DNA of 64,000 nucleotides, from assembly GCA_001643675.2 (NCBI GenBank), contig LSRY02000002.1, positions 2,356,001-2,420,000 on the forward strand. Direction: 5' to 3'. Shown here in pieces: positions 36,875 to 47,700 of this stretch (positions are counted from its first letter, which is position 1; each line of letters starts with the position of its first letter). This stretch comes from Monocercomonoides exilis PA203 (taxonomy: Eukaryota > Protista > Preaxostyla). Under the pieces are notes generated by a model. It was not told the DNA's origin and ran no database searches. It saw only the letters and a list, made by a program, of their open reading frames with translations. The translations under genes and the position numbers were made by a program.

Positions 36875-39871
36875 CTATTCCTCAAAAAACGAGGAGACCG
36901 AATAATTAAAGTGGAGTGTCTTGTGCGGCTTCGTTGGCGTTGATGCCTCCAAATTGCTGTTCTTCGAAGGAGTTGACTGAGCCGTCTGAGAGAAAGAGAA
37001 GTGACCACTGCGACGAGGAGTGGATGGAGAATAGCCAAAAAGCGGTGAGCGCCCAAGAACAGAAGGGGAAAGCGGTTCAGCTGTCTTCTCGATTGGGGCA
37101 GAGCTGTTGGCAGAGGCAGACTTGAGAGAAAAGGGCTTGGCAGACGAGGCAGCTGAGCGTGTCTGGAGAAGACGGGAGTCTTTTGAAGGGGTGAGAGAGA
37201 GATGGGCAATGGAGCATTTCTTCTGCAGGTTGGATGAGAGAGGAGTCGATGGAGACAAAGAGAAGAAGGGCGAAAAGGAGAACATGCTGGACAGCGGCTG
37301 AGGGGAATGCAGGCCAAAAAATGGATTTCCAGGTGACAATGAGAGCGGGAATGGCTGAGTTGCGAAAGGTTCTGGTGATTTCTGTGAGGAAGAAGGCGTT
37401 TGAAGGATTGGTGGATATAAAATTGCAGATGCAGATGCAGATGAAGATGAAGAAGATGTTGAAGAAGAAGTAGAATCGGAAAAGGAATTTTTGGTTGTGT
37501 TTGGCGGGGTCGAAACAGCAGTCTCAACTTCTCCAGTCATTTGAGAAGGCAAAGAAGAAGACGAAGGATTGTCTGTTGAATCAACACTTTGAGAAGCAAA
37601 AGAAGACTCGGTTGTGTTCTGAATGTCTCCTATGCCAGCAGCAGAAGAAGAAGCAGTCGTGTTATTCAAATAGAACTCAGGGAATGCTGAGTCCAATATG
37701 CGCTGTCTGAGATCCCTTGGAGGAGGGTTGATAGAAAGCGAAGGGTGCAGCCAGAAGGGAAGGCCGTCGATAAGAACAGGGTCTGCTGAGCGTGCTGCAG
37801 TTGCCTCGAAGGAAAACGCAGTGCATGCAGCAGCAAGAGAAGGGTGGGCGGGGAAAGGGAAAGAAGAAGGGAGTGGATGAGACAGAATCGGCAGCGGATG
37901 TGGGGGCTCAAGATCAGACTGGCTGAGCTCGTCGAGAATGAGCTTGTATTCTTTGTCTTGGCTGTCGTCGCCCAGCTGCCGCGGCATCGCTTCTTCGATT
38001 GGCAGCGGAGACAGCTGAATATCTGAACCGAAAGCACTTTCGATCGAGTTCGATGAAAGCGCTTTTTTCTCTGTTTCTGCCTCTGGAATGCTCAGTTCTT
38101 CTTCATTTTGAAGGGGAAATTGAGGGAAAATAGCATCGTTGTTTGTATCTGACTGTGATATGCGAGGCAGCTTATCCAGACACCATTTCTGGAAGATGTC
38201 GAGGGAGTGGAAGTGGAAGAGGAGGGCAGCGTTGATGTCTGTGCGGGCGACGACGTGGATGGCAGCAGGGTGGAGAAGAGGGAGGAAGAAGGGCAGAATG
38301 GACAGTGGAGGCGGTAGACTGAACTGCTCCAGCGGAGGCAGTGTCAGAGGAAGAAGGCTGATGGCAGGGCGAGGGAGAGAAGGGATGTGCGGGTGGGGTG
38401 GGAGAGGGAGGCATGGGGGTAAGCAGAAAGGGATGGCGCTGCCTGGGAAGGACGCAGGAAACGGCAGAAGAGCAGAGCTGGAAGGAGAATAGGCGTTTTG
38501 CGAGTATTGAAGAAGGCTGCGACGTGCACTGTCAAGCGATGTGTTGTAATCTGTTTGTGTTGGAGAAGGGAAACTGTGAGTGCTGAAGTGATTTGACGTG
38601 AGTGAAGCGAATGAAGAAGGCGCCAAACATGGGAAGGCGGAAAGGCTCATCGTTGGCGCAGAAAAAGAAGAAGTTGAAGGTTGAGATGTGTGTGGAACTT
38701 GTGCTGGTGATGAAGTCGTCGCTGGATGAGAGGGAGAAGAAGAAGTTGATTGTGAAGTATTTTCAGATGAGGAAAGAGGCAGACGAGTGAGATTGAATGA
38801 TCCATCTTCAGAAGGAGAGGATAAAGATGAATTTGAGCTTAAGTTTTGTTGAGATAGAGAAGAAGGTAAAAGAGGATCTGATGGAAGCTTTGAAGGGAGT
38901 GGAGAATGGAAAGTGGTTGGAGAAGAAGAAGAATCTGAAGAAGTTGAAGAACTTGAAGAACTTGAAGATGAATTTGAAGAAGGCGAAGGAAAAGGGAATC
39001 CGGCAGATGAGGTTGATTGGCGTGGAGGAGGAAATGACATTGTGATTGAAGGAAATCCGAGTGCCTGAGGATTCTTCATTTTAAAGGCAGACTGACTTAA
39101 TACGCTTTTGAGGGTCGGAATAATCCGGCAGAAGCTGTCAAGTTCTGATCGATGTGAAGCCAGAATCGAAAGAGAAATGTTTGTATAGTTAGTTCCATCA
39201 GTGCTTCGGCGAGTTGATTGCAGTTTCCGCTTAATGTATTTGTATCGTATAATAGATTCAAGCTTCGCCTCTCGAATCATTTGCTGTTTAATTTCTTCTA
39301 GAAGCATATTTCGAGAATCTTCCATCTCTTTTCTTTTCTGACGGCAAGAAAAAACGGCTTGAATAAAACTGTGTGGCTGCTCTAGAACAAACGACTGAAG
39401 ATAATTCCATTTAAGTTTTGATTTCTTTTGTAGTGTATTACTGACAATTTCTTTCACCAACCCAAGACCAGAAAAAATTGCATAAACAGAACTAACTCGT
39501 CTTCGATCCAGTCCAAATCTACATGTTATATCTTCTCGAGAAAATTTCCCACTTTGTGTCGCATGTGCAAATGTAACGCATGCATTCTTTAGAACTTTTC
39601 TATTCTTTCCTCGTTTTTCTTTAATATCACTTTTATCCTTTTCCTTAATGAAAAATTGCGAAGTTAATGACTGGTATAAATCATCTTTCTTCAGTTCAAT
39701 TTCTGGTAAATTTTCGCTGAGTGGTGAAGGACTCTTTACAGTTTTTTGTTCTTGTGGACCATTGGTTGGGCCAAATGCATTTTCATCAAATGAAGAATCT
39801 TTGGTTGAAATCGAAGATATTTTGGATGATGATCCAAGGAGCTTAACATTTATCACATTTTTGCCGGACAT
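36875..39871 (-). CDS. Divergent E2F/DP-like winged-helix transcription factor
   Basis: LKNACVTF..SREDITCRFGLDRRRVSSVYAIFSGLGLVKE..KLKW resembles the E2F/DP DNA-binding domain. It is followed by a coiled coil and a long Ser/Pro region. Confidence 0.6.
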   Translation of the reverse strand: MSGKNVINVKLLGSSSKISSISTKDSSFDENAFGPTNGPQEQKTVKSPSPLSENLPEIELKKDDLYQSLTSQFFIKEKDKSDIKEKRGKNRKVLKNACVTFAHATQSGKFSREDITCRFGLDRRRVSSVYAIFSGLGLVKEIVSNTLQKKSKLKWNYLQSFVLEQPHSFIQAVFSCRQKRKEMEDSRNMLLEEIKQQMIREAKLESIIRYKYIKRKLQSTRRSTDGTNYTNISLSILASHRSELDSFCRIIPTLKSVLSQSAFKMKNPQALGFPSITMSFPPPRQSTSSAGFPFPSPSSNSSSSSSSSSTSSDSSSSPTTFHSPLPSKLPSDPLLPSSLSQQNLSSNSSLSSPSEDGSFNLTRLPLSSSENTSQSTSSSPSHPATTSSPAQVPHTSQPSTSSFSAPTMSLSAFPCLAPSSFASLTSNHFSTHSFPSPTQTDYNTSLDSARRSLLQYSQNAYSPSSSALLPFPASFPGSAIPFCLPPCLPLPPHPHIPSLPRPAISLLPLTLPPLEQFSLPPPLSILPFFLPLLHPAAIHVVARTDINAALLFHFHSLDIFQKWCLDKLPRISQSDTNNDAIFPQFPLQNEEELSIPEAETEKKALSSNSIESAFGSDIQLSPLPIEEAMPRQLGDDSQDKEYKLILDELSQSDLEPPHPLPILSHPLPSSFPFPAHPSLAAACTAFSFEATAARSADPVLIDGLPFWLHPSLSINPPPRDLRQRILDSAFPEFYLNNTTASSSAAGIGDIQNTTESSFASQSVDSTDNPSSSSLPSQMTGEVETAVSTPPNTTKNSFSDSTSSSTSSSSSSASASAILYPPILQTPSSSQKSPEPFATQPFPLSLSPGNPFFGLHSPQPLSSMFSFSPFFSLSPSTPLSSNLQKKCSIAHLSLTPSKDSRLLQTRSAASSAKPFSLKSASANSSAPIEKTAEPLSPSVLGRSPLFGYSPSTPRRSGHFSFSQTAQSTPSKNSNLEASTPTKPHKTLHFNYSVSSFFEE

Positions 39872-40929
39872 CTTCCAAGAAAAAAATGATGTGTAAAATT
39901 AAAATGCACTGTAATTCAATCATTCGTAAAAAATGGATTTCATAAATGCTCTTTAAATAATATGAAGAAAAATCTTTTAAATCTTTTAAAATCTTTCTGC
40001 GTTTATCGCTCAATCATGTCTAAAAATAAAACTTTCAATTTCCAAAAATTAATAAAAAATAAAACAATTTCGGATTTTTGATCAAATAAGTAATTTGTCT
40101 TCTAATTTTGGATGCATGGGTTTTTAATAGAAAATATTTTATACCTTTTGAAATAGCTATTATTGTTGAATGATCAATATAACAAACAAACGAGGTAAGA
40201 GGGTACATAGCGACCGGTACAAAAATAGTCTTAAAGAAGAATTTTTGACCTTTTAAAACCTAATTTACGGATTTAAAAATTCGCAAATAGGAGAAATATT
40301 CGTTAAAAAAACGAAAAATTTTCCGCATTTCAAAAGCAATTTTTATCAAAAATTAATGATCATACCACTAAGATAAAAAAGAGAGAATATTTCTTTTTGG
40401 TTTTCATTTAGAAAAAGATGGTTTGTCCCTTGTCTATGTGTTTATTAGGGTTATGTTTAACGAAAAGTTTTCATTTAATCAACTGATAAGAGTTTTTTGT
40501 TTATAGCGAGGAAGTTTTCGAAATAAAAATTAAAATTGGATTTTTTAATATTGATTTTCTCAGCTTTGAATTAATGTTATACGAAAATTACTTTCAAAAA
40601 ATCATAATTGCATTAATTGATAAATGTTTAAATAAAAAAAAACATGTAAATAGATTTTTTTTACCGGGCATTATCTGCCCACTTGCCACAAACGAATTTT
40701 CTTTTGTTGATTTGCTCATTTTTGTGTTTTTGGTTGAAATAAACAAAAGATCTTTTTCAAGATTGTATAAATTAAACATATCACAAAGGAAGAATGATGT
40801 ATTGCAATTTTTCAAAAAGAAAGAATAAAAACAAAAGAAAAAATAAATAAAGAATAATTTCACTTCTTCACAAAAAAACACTTCAAATAACGTGCTCGTT
40901 GAAACATGAGCATGTTTTCAATTACAAAA

Positions 40930-41139
40930 TGGCTTATCCCTTTTTTTAATCTAACTTTCTTTCGAGTTTTGATCAAAATTTCAATATCAATGGGAGTTTC
41001 GGAAAAAATGAATTTCATTTTCTAAGTCATCGCGTGCTGTATTGTTTTTATCGTAGTAGTTCATTTTTTGAAAATCCCATTGAGATTGTAAATTTGATCA
41101 AAACTCGAACGAAAGTCTGATTTTAAAAAGGATCAGCCA
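40930..41139. repeat. Fold-back / MITE-like element with ~80-bp imperfect inverted arms
   Basis: 40930-41012 is an imperfect reverse complement of 41060-41139 (shared core TTCGAGTTTTGATCAAA). The spacer is ~47 bp. Confidence 0.8.
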
Positions 41140-41796
41140 AATTATATTCTACAATGATTGACTGTCTTTTATGTCGCTGAATATTTTAAAAAATAATAGA
41201 AATGATACTCTTACAAATATTTTTTTCAGTTTTGATATATTGTTTCATCACATTGGATGCAGTTTCAAACAATTATTTTTAGTTTACATGAAAAATGATG
41301 ATATGCAATTTCAAATCCCGTTAAACTTGAAGTAAATAAAGAGAAAACAGTTAGCAAATACAATTATTTATCCAGTATTCAAAGGGGAAATTTTCTATTA
41401 TTATATTTTCTTTTTCTGAAATTGTTGTGTTTAGCAGACAATTGAACTTCGTTATCCATTTCAATAATTCTTTCATTAAAGTTTTATTTCTGGAAATTTC
41501 AAATTAAAATCTTTTTTGCCTGTAAAAAAATATTTTTTTTCTCCATCAGCGTGCAATTGAAGTGGACAATGAATCAATAATTCTCTTTTAGCTCAGTTCA
41601 CCAAAAACAATTCCTGATCAAAAAAAAAAAAAAAAAAACCAAAAAATTCTAAAAAACAAAATTTTGAAAGTGAAAAACACCCCATATTCGAGTTTATTTA
41701 GATCAGATCAACTTTAATTTATTTTCTCGAAAACTCTTCATCTATCGAATTTCTCTTTGAAACATTATTCTTCTAAGAGGAAGACAGATTTGAATA

Positions 41797-44700
41797 ATGA
41801 GCATTGTAGTCCATATTATTTTATTATTGTTTATTTCAACGAAGAGTGAAAGAGTCAATTTGTTCAAATCAAGCATAAGAAAGACAAATTCATTTTTCAA
41901 AACCGCATTTGACTATAATACAATTACAAATGAAAATGCAATTCAAAAGAGAGAAATTATGAACAAGCATCTTGATCAAACAAACGAAAAATTTGTCGAA
42001 AAGAATGAGTTTAAGAAAAATATTGTCGAATGTTTTCTGCAAGTGAACATGATATGCCAGAACTCAACTCTATCAATAGATAATGTTCAAATTAATGTGA
42101 GAAATAATACGCACTCCATCATCACAGTTGATAATTCAAACACTGAGCTCATTGACTCTGCAGTTTATTTCGAGCACATAACCAAGGAATTTTCAATAGT
42201 CGATAATAGTATACTTTTATTAAAAAATATTTCTTTTTCTTCAAAAAATGTTCAAACTCAATTATCTTCGCTTGTGGCAGAACAATCACTCAACTTCATT
42301 TTGAATGTTGTAAGTTGCAATTTTTATTCATTTGAGTTGCTTTCTCATCAATCTTTTGGAGGAAACCAAAAAGGTCTTTGCACAAATTTTGAATTGTCAT
42401 CGTTTTTTAATATTTCTTCTGCACCAAACAGAAATAATTCTATTAAAAGCAATGAACAAAATAGTCTTTCAGTATTTTTTAACATGCAACTTAACAGTTG
42501 CGAGTTTTGCAAAGTTGACAGCATCTTCTATGGATGCATCACGTGGGGATTGCATGCGAGAAATGGAAGGCTTTTTGCCCATAACAACAGTTTTGTTCAA
42601 TCAACTTCAATTTATCCTCATTATTTGAATCCTCAATCGTCAAAAAACATATATAATAACGATGCAATTTTCAAGTGGAATTCTTTTACTAATCTTTCAG
42701 CATCATATGGAGGAGCAATTCGCCACAGAGGCACAGGAAATATTGAAATATCTAATTGTTCATTTGTCAACAACACTGCAACTGTTGATGGTGGCACATT
42801 ACATCTGAGTGGCGAAGGTGTTCACTTTATCAAAGACAGTTATGTTGAAAACGGAACAGCTCCAAACTCATGGTGTGGAGGAATTGCATCTTACAGCGGA
42901 TCAGACCATGTATATCAGCAAATAACATTTAAAAACTGTCATGATAACAATGGAGGAGGCGGATTTCACATCAGAACGATGAATATATCTGACACAATAA
43001 CTCAGATTGAATTGATTGGATGTAGTTCTATGGGGAAAAATGAATCTGGTGGAGGAGGAGGAATGCTAATTGGACATGATATAGAAGTTCATTTAAGCGA
43101 TTGTTTGTTTGACTCTTGCGTTACGTCTACTCAAAGAGGTGGAGGTCTTGCTTTTACTAATTTGTATTCAGTAGTTGATGGTCCATTCGGAAACCCATCA
43201 ATTTCTTTTTGTGTATTTCGTAATAATAGTGCAATTGATATTGAAGGACAAGACATGTTTGTAAGCACTTTATGGAAAGGAAAACTGACAAAAGATCGAG
43301 TTAAATATTGCAGATCGTTTTCAGTGAAACTGACATCCTTGCTTTGCGTCGAAGGAGAAGAAGACAAAAGTGCTTGGTTGAATGGATTCTGGAATCCTTT
43401 TTTTGTTGATGGAATGAATGGTGTTGATAGAGAAATTTGTGGTTCGACCACAAAAAAATGTGGATCCCTTGGTTATGCTGTTCAATTTTTAAATCCAGAT
43501 AGTTTGAATCATAACAAAGTTTTTGTATCAAATCAAACGAATGAGATTAATATCATCGTCGAAAATAGATATATAGAAATTGAAAATGAGAATCTTCAAG
43601 TTGACAAAGTTACCAAGATAATATGTTTGATTGACGCTGATTTGCCTTTCATTGAAATAAATGAAGGATTCATTTCTTTTACAAAAATTCAAATTTCATT
43701 GGCAAACGTCACTTCTGAAAACTCAAAAATTGTAAAAATTTATGGCGAATCTGGGAAATGTAACTTCACAAAGTGCATAATTGAATCCTCATTGGAAAAT
43801 GATAAATACTTCAAAAGTGAACTATTTTCTATTACTCAAGGAACCATATATTTAAGCGAAAGCGAAATGAAATCATTTCAGTTGAGTGATTTTCCTCTCT
43901 TTTCAGACTCTGATAAAGTTATATGTAATTCTTGCATTTTCACATCCATCAAGAGAAGAAGAGGAAACGGAAGTGTTTTTGACGTAACGGTCATGGAAGG
44001 AAAAACATTCCTTTTAAGAAATTACACATTTGATAGATGCGAATGTCATGAAGGAAATGGCGGAGGAGTGAATGCCAAACTAACTGGAAATGGTGAAATG
44101 ATTGTTAACAGTACAACAATATTTGAAGGATGCCACGCAAATAATCTTTATCATTCACAATCTCGTGGAGGAGGGATTATGATACAGATAGAGAGCGATA
44201 CTTGTGAATTATCCATTGAATCAGAAGTGTCCTTTTCTGTGAGCAATCTTAATGAGGCAAACTTTGGAAAAGATGTCTTTGTTTGTTGCAATTCAGGGAT
44301 ATTGCTAAAATCAAAAGTGAATGAAAGTTCATTTGGATTTTTTGAATATACATCCATTCCCTCAGATGTTTTGAAGTTGTGCGGTAGCGAGGATGGGAAA
44401 GGAGAGGAAGTGATTCCGCTGTTTGTATATTTTCATACAATTGTCTCGAAATTGACGGCTGATGGAAATGGAGAAGTTGCACTGGATCACATTTATTGTG
44501 GATTTGAGAAGTTTGGGTGCGCAACGGTTGACTATTGTTTGAACAATAGAGCGAACAGCACCATTCACGAAATCGAAGTTGCTTCTGAAACATCAATAAA
44601 GTGTGAAATGAAAGTGGTATCATTTAATGTGAGTGTTTCAGGAAAAGAAGAGAGGACAAGAGTGCCTGTGAGAGATGAAGGATCAATAAATCAAAATTGG

Positions 44701-47700
44701 ATGATTGAGTGCACAAAATCATTTGAGATGTGTGATTTGGCATTTGTGTTGAATGAAGATATGAATGGGAGGAGAAGTGCATTTATCCATTCCTCGTCAA
44801 CAGTCACAATTACCAGCTGTTCATTCTCGTTTGAAAATAGTCCATTAACTGAAGAAAAGATTGGATACAACATACTGAATATTGAGGGAGGAAATCTGAC
44901 TGTCGATGGATTTGTGATGGAAAAAACAGTAACAATGAATAAGGTATCGCCAATAATAATTACAAACGGAGTGAAGTTGGACATAAAGAACAGCAGAGTA
45001 AGTGGAGTGACGGTGGAAGGCGGGAGTGGAGAAGGAGGATGCATTGGTGCTGCAATAAAAGAAGGAGGAAGTGCAGTTGTGGATAACTGCAGTATTTCAA
45101 CAACATGCACAGGTGGAGGTGGGATGAAAGGAGGAGGGATGATGATTTCAGTTGAGGACAGAGGAAGTTTGGAGATTAATAGCGTAACATTCACAGGATG
45201 CCAGGTACCAACAGAGGGCAACTTGCAGAAAGGAAGAGGAATGGGAGGAGGGATGTTTGTGAGCTTGGCAGATACGATGGGATCATTTGTGCTTGAAGGA
45301 GTGACATTCAGCGAGTGCAATGCCTGGAAAGGGAAGAAAGTGTTCATATCGGGAAATGACCTGAGCGAGGTTATGTCAAACGAAAAACTGAAAGAGGAAT
45401 TGAGTACAAGTGATAAGAAGTCATTGGATGAGCTGTGTGGATGGGAAAGGAAGACAACAGGAGAAAATGGATATGTGATTCCATTGGTTGTGTATTTGTG
45501 GGATAACTGGAGCGAGAAAGGGTTTGTATCGAAAGAGAAAGGAGGAGACTTCAGCGGGTGTGGGTTTTCTGAAGCACCATGCTCATCGATTGACCACTTG
45601 ATATCACTGAGATATGAGCCACTTGGAAAAGGCGAATCCCAGATCAGCATTGGGGATTCAGGGTTGCTGAGCCATCCGATATCATTCTTGTCTTCGTTGC
45701 CAACTTCTCCAGATTCAGACGATCCAGCAGTTGTGATAAAAGGAACAAAGAAAGGGACAAGCGTGACAATTACTGATGAAGATGGGAATGCTGTCAGCAG
45801 TGGTGCAATGATATCGTCGAATGTGAGTCTATCATTCTTCAATTTATCATTCATCAAGCCAAATATAACCACACAGCGTGAAATATTTATTGAATCGTCA
45901 GGAACAAATACAGTCTTGTTTGTTTCTAATTGTTCATTTGGCTCATTAGTAGGGTTGGCAGAAAGTTTTGAGTGTTACCTGATAAAAGTGAACGGAGGGA
46001 GCGCAGCAGTTCAGAGCTGCACTTTGAATAAGATCAACGAATTGAAAGGATTCATTGCTTTCAGCCCAAGTACAAGCCAGGTGACGATCCAGAATGTGAA
46101 CATTTCATCAGCCACTTTGAAAGAAAATAGCCTGATTTCGATGACAGAAGAGGAAAACCAGATGAATGGAAATGAAAACACTCATTTGAATGGCAACAAG
46201 CCTGTGTTGAAAGTTGTCTACTGTTCGTTTGAAACCATCAAGAACGAAGGAAGCAGTGCAAGCGTCATTGAATTGGGATCGTTTGATTATGCGATGGAAT
46301 GCACGATCGAAGACTGCACAATGTCCACGTGCAGGAGCGATTTGAACACAGAAGGAGGAGGAATGAAAGTGGTGCTGAAGAGTGAAGAATCGGTTTTGAA
46401 GGTGAATGGGAGCACGTTTTCAACATGCAGATGCTCGATGGAGTCCGGGCGCGGCGGAGGATTGTTCATCGATGGAGCAGACACAAATGTTGTTTATGAT
46501 AATGAAAGTCAGATTCCATCTCTGAACTTTAGGTTTGTGAATACCTTGTTTTGGATGAATGAGGCATTTGCAGGGAAAGATATATTCATCAAATGCCATT
46601 CAATTGAGCACCAGATCAACGAAACCCTGTTCTTGTTGAACTACAACCAGGAGTCATTGAGCTCAAACAACTCCATTTGTGGGAAGGATGTTGAGAATGA
46701 GAGAGATGTTGATCTAATTCCGCTGATTACATATTATTATGGGCTTCACGTGTTTCTGAATGGAACAGGAGCTGATGGCAGACGATGCGGGGCACAAAGC
46801 AGTCCATGCAGCAGCATCAACTGCGCGGTTGATCACATTCAGGAAGGAGTGATGAATGCGATTCTGATTGATGGAGAAGGAGTTGTTTCGGGCGAATGTG
46901 TGATTGGGGATCTGAATGTGAATTCATACAAAAAGTCACAGGCGATTGTTCGGTTGAACTGCAAGATTGAGAAATCAGCAGAGAAGGATTGTGTTATGGA
47001 GTTTGTGAATGAATGTTCAGTGGAGAGGTGCTCATTCCAGTTTGAAGATGGATTTGAATCAACTCACAATTTTCTCATGAAAGTGAAGAATGGTTCAATG
47101 GAGATACAGAAATGTGAATTCTTCTCTTTCCCAACAACAACAGCTGAGGCCTTGAAGTTGAACAGTTCAATTGTGAATGTGGAAAGTGGAGAGCTGAAAA
47201 TATTTGATTCAACATTCAGGGATATTCATCCAACAAGATCAGTGCTGTCATTCCATGAAGAATCGGATGTGACAATTGTTGAAACAAGAATATCGAATAT
47301 CAAATGTGAGGGAGATGTTGTGAGTGTTGGAGGGAAGGCGAAAGTGGTGATGAAGATCATGGCGATTGAGAATGTGAGTGTAGCATCAGAAAGATGTGTT
47401 GTTGCGATGGAAGACGCTGAGCAAGAGGTGAGTGTGCTGAACTGCTCGTTTGAAAAAAGCGCGAATTCGGTGGAGAAGGGAAGCATGATGCAGATAAGAC
47501 GATCCAAGGAAGTGAAGGTTGAGATATGTGTGTTTGATGGAGAAAAAGAGGAGAAAGAAGCAGAGGCAGTCAATGGAGAACAAGAAAGAGTAGAGAAATT
47601 ATGCAAATGGAGCGGATCGTTGATTGATATTGAAAACAGCAATGTGGAGATGAAAGAAACAACAATCAGAAATAGCAAGGTAGGAGGTCTGTGGGTGAGT

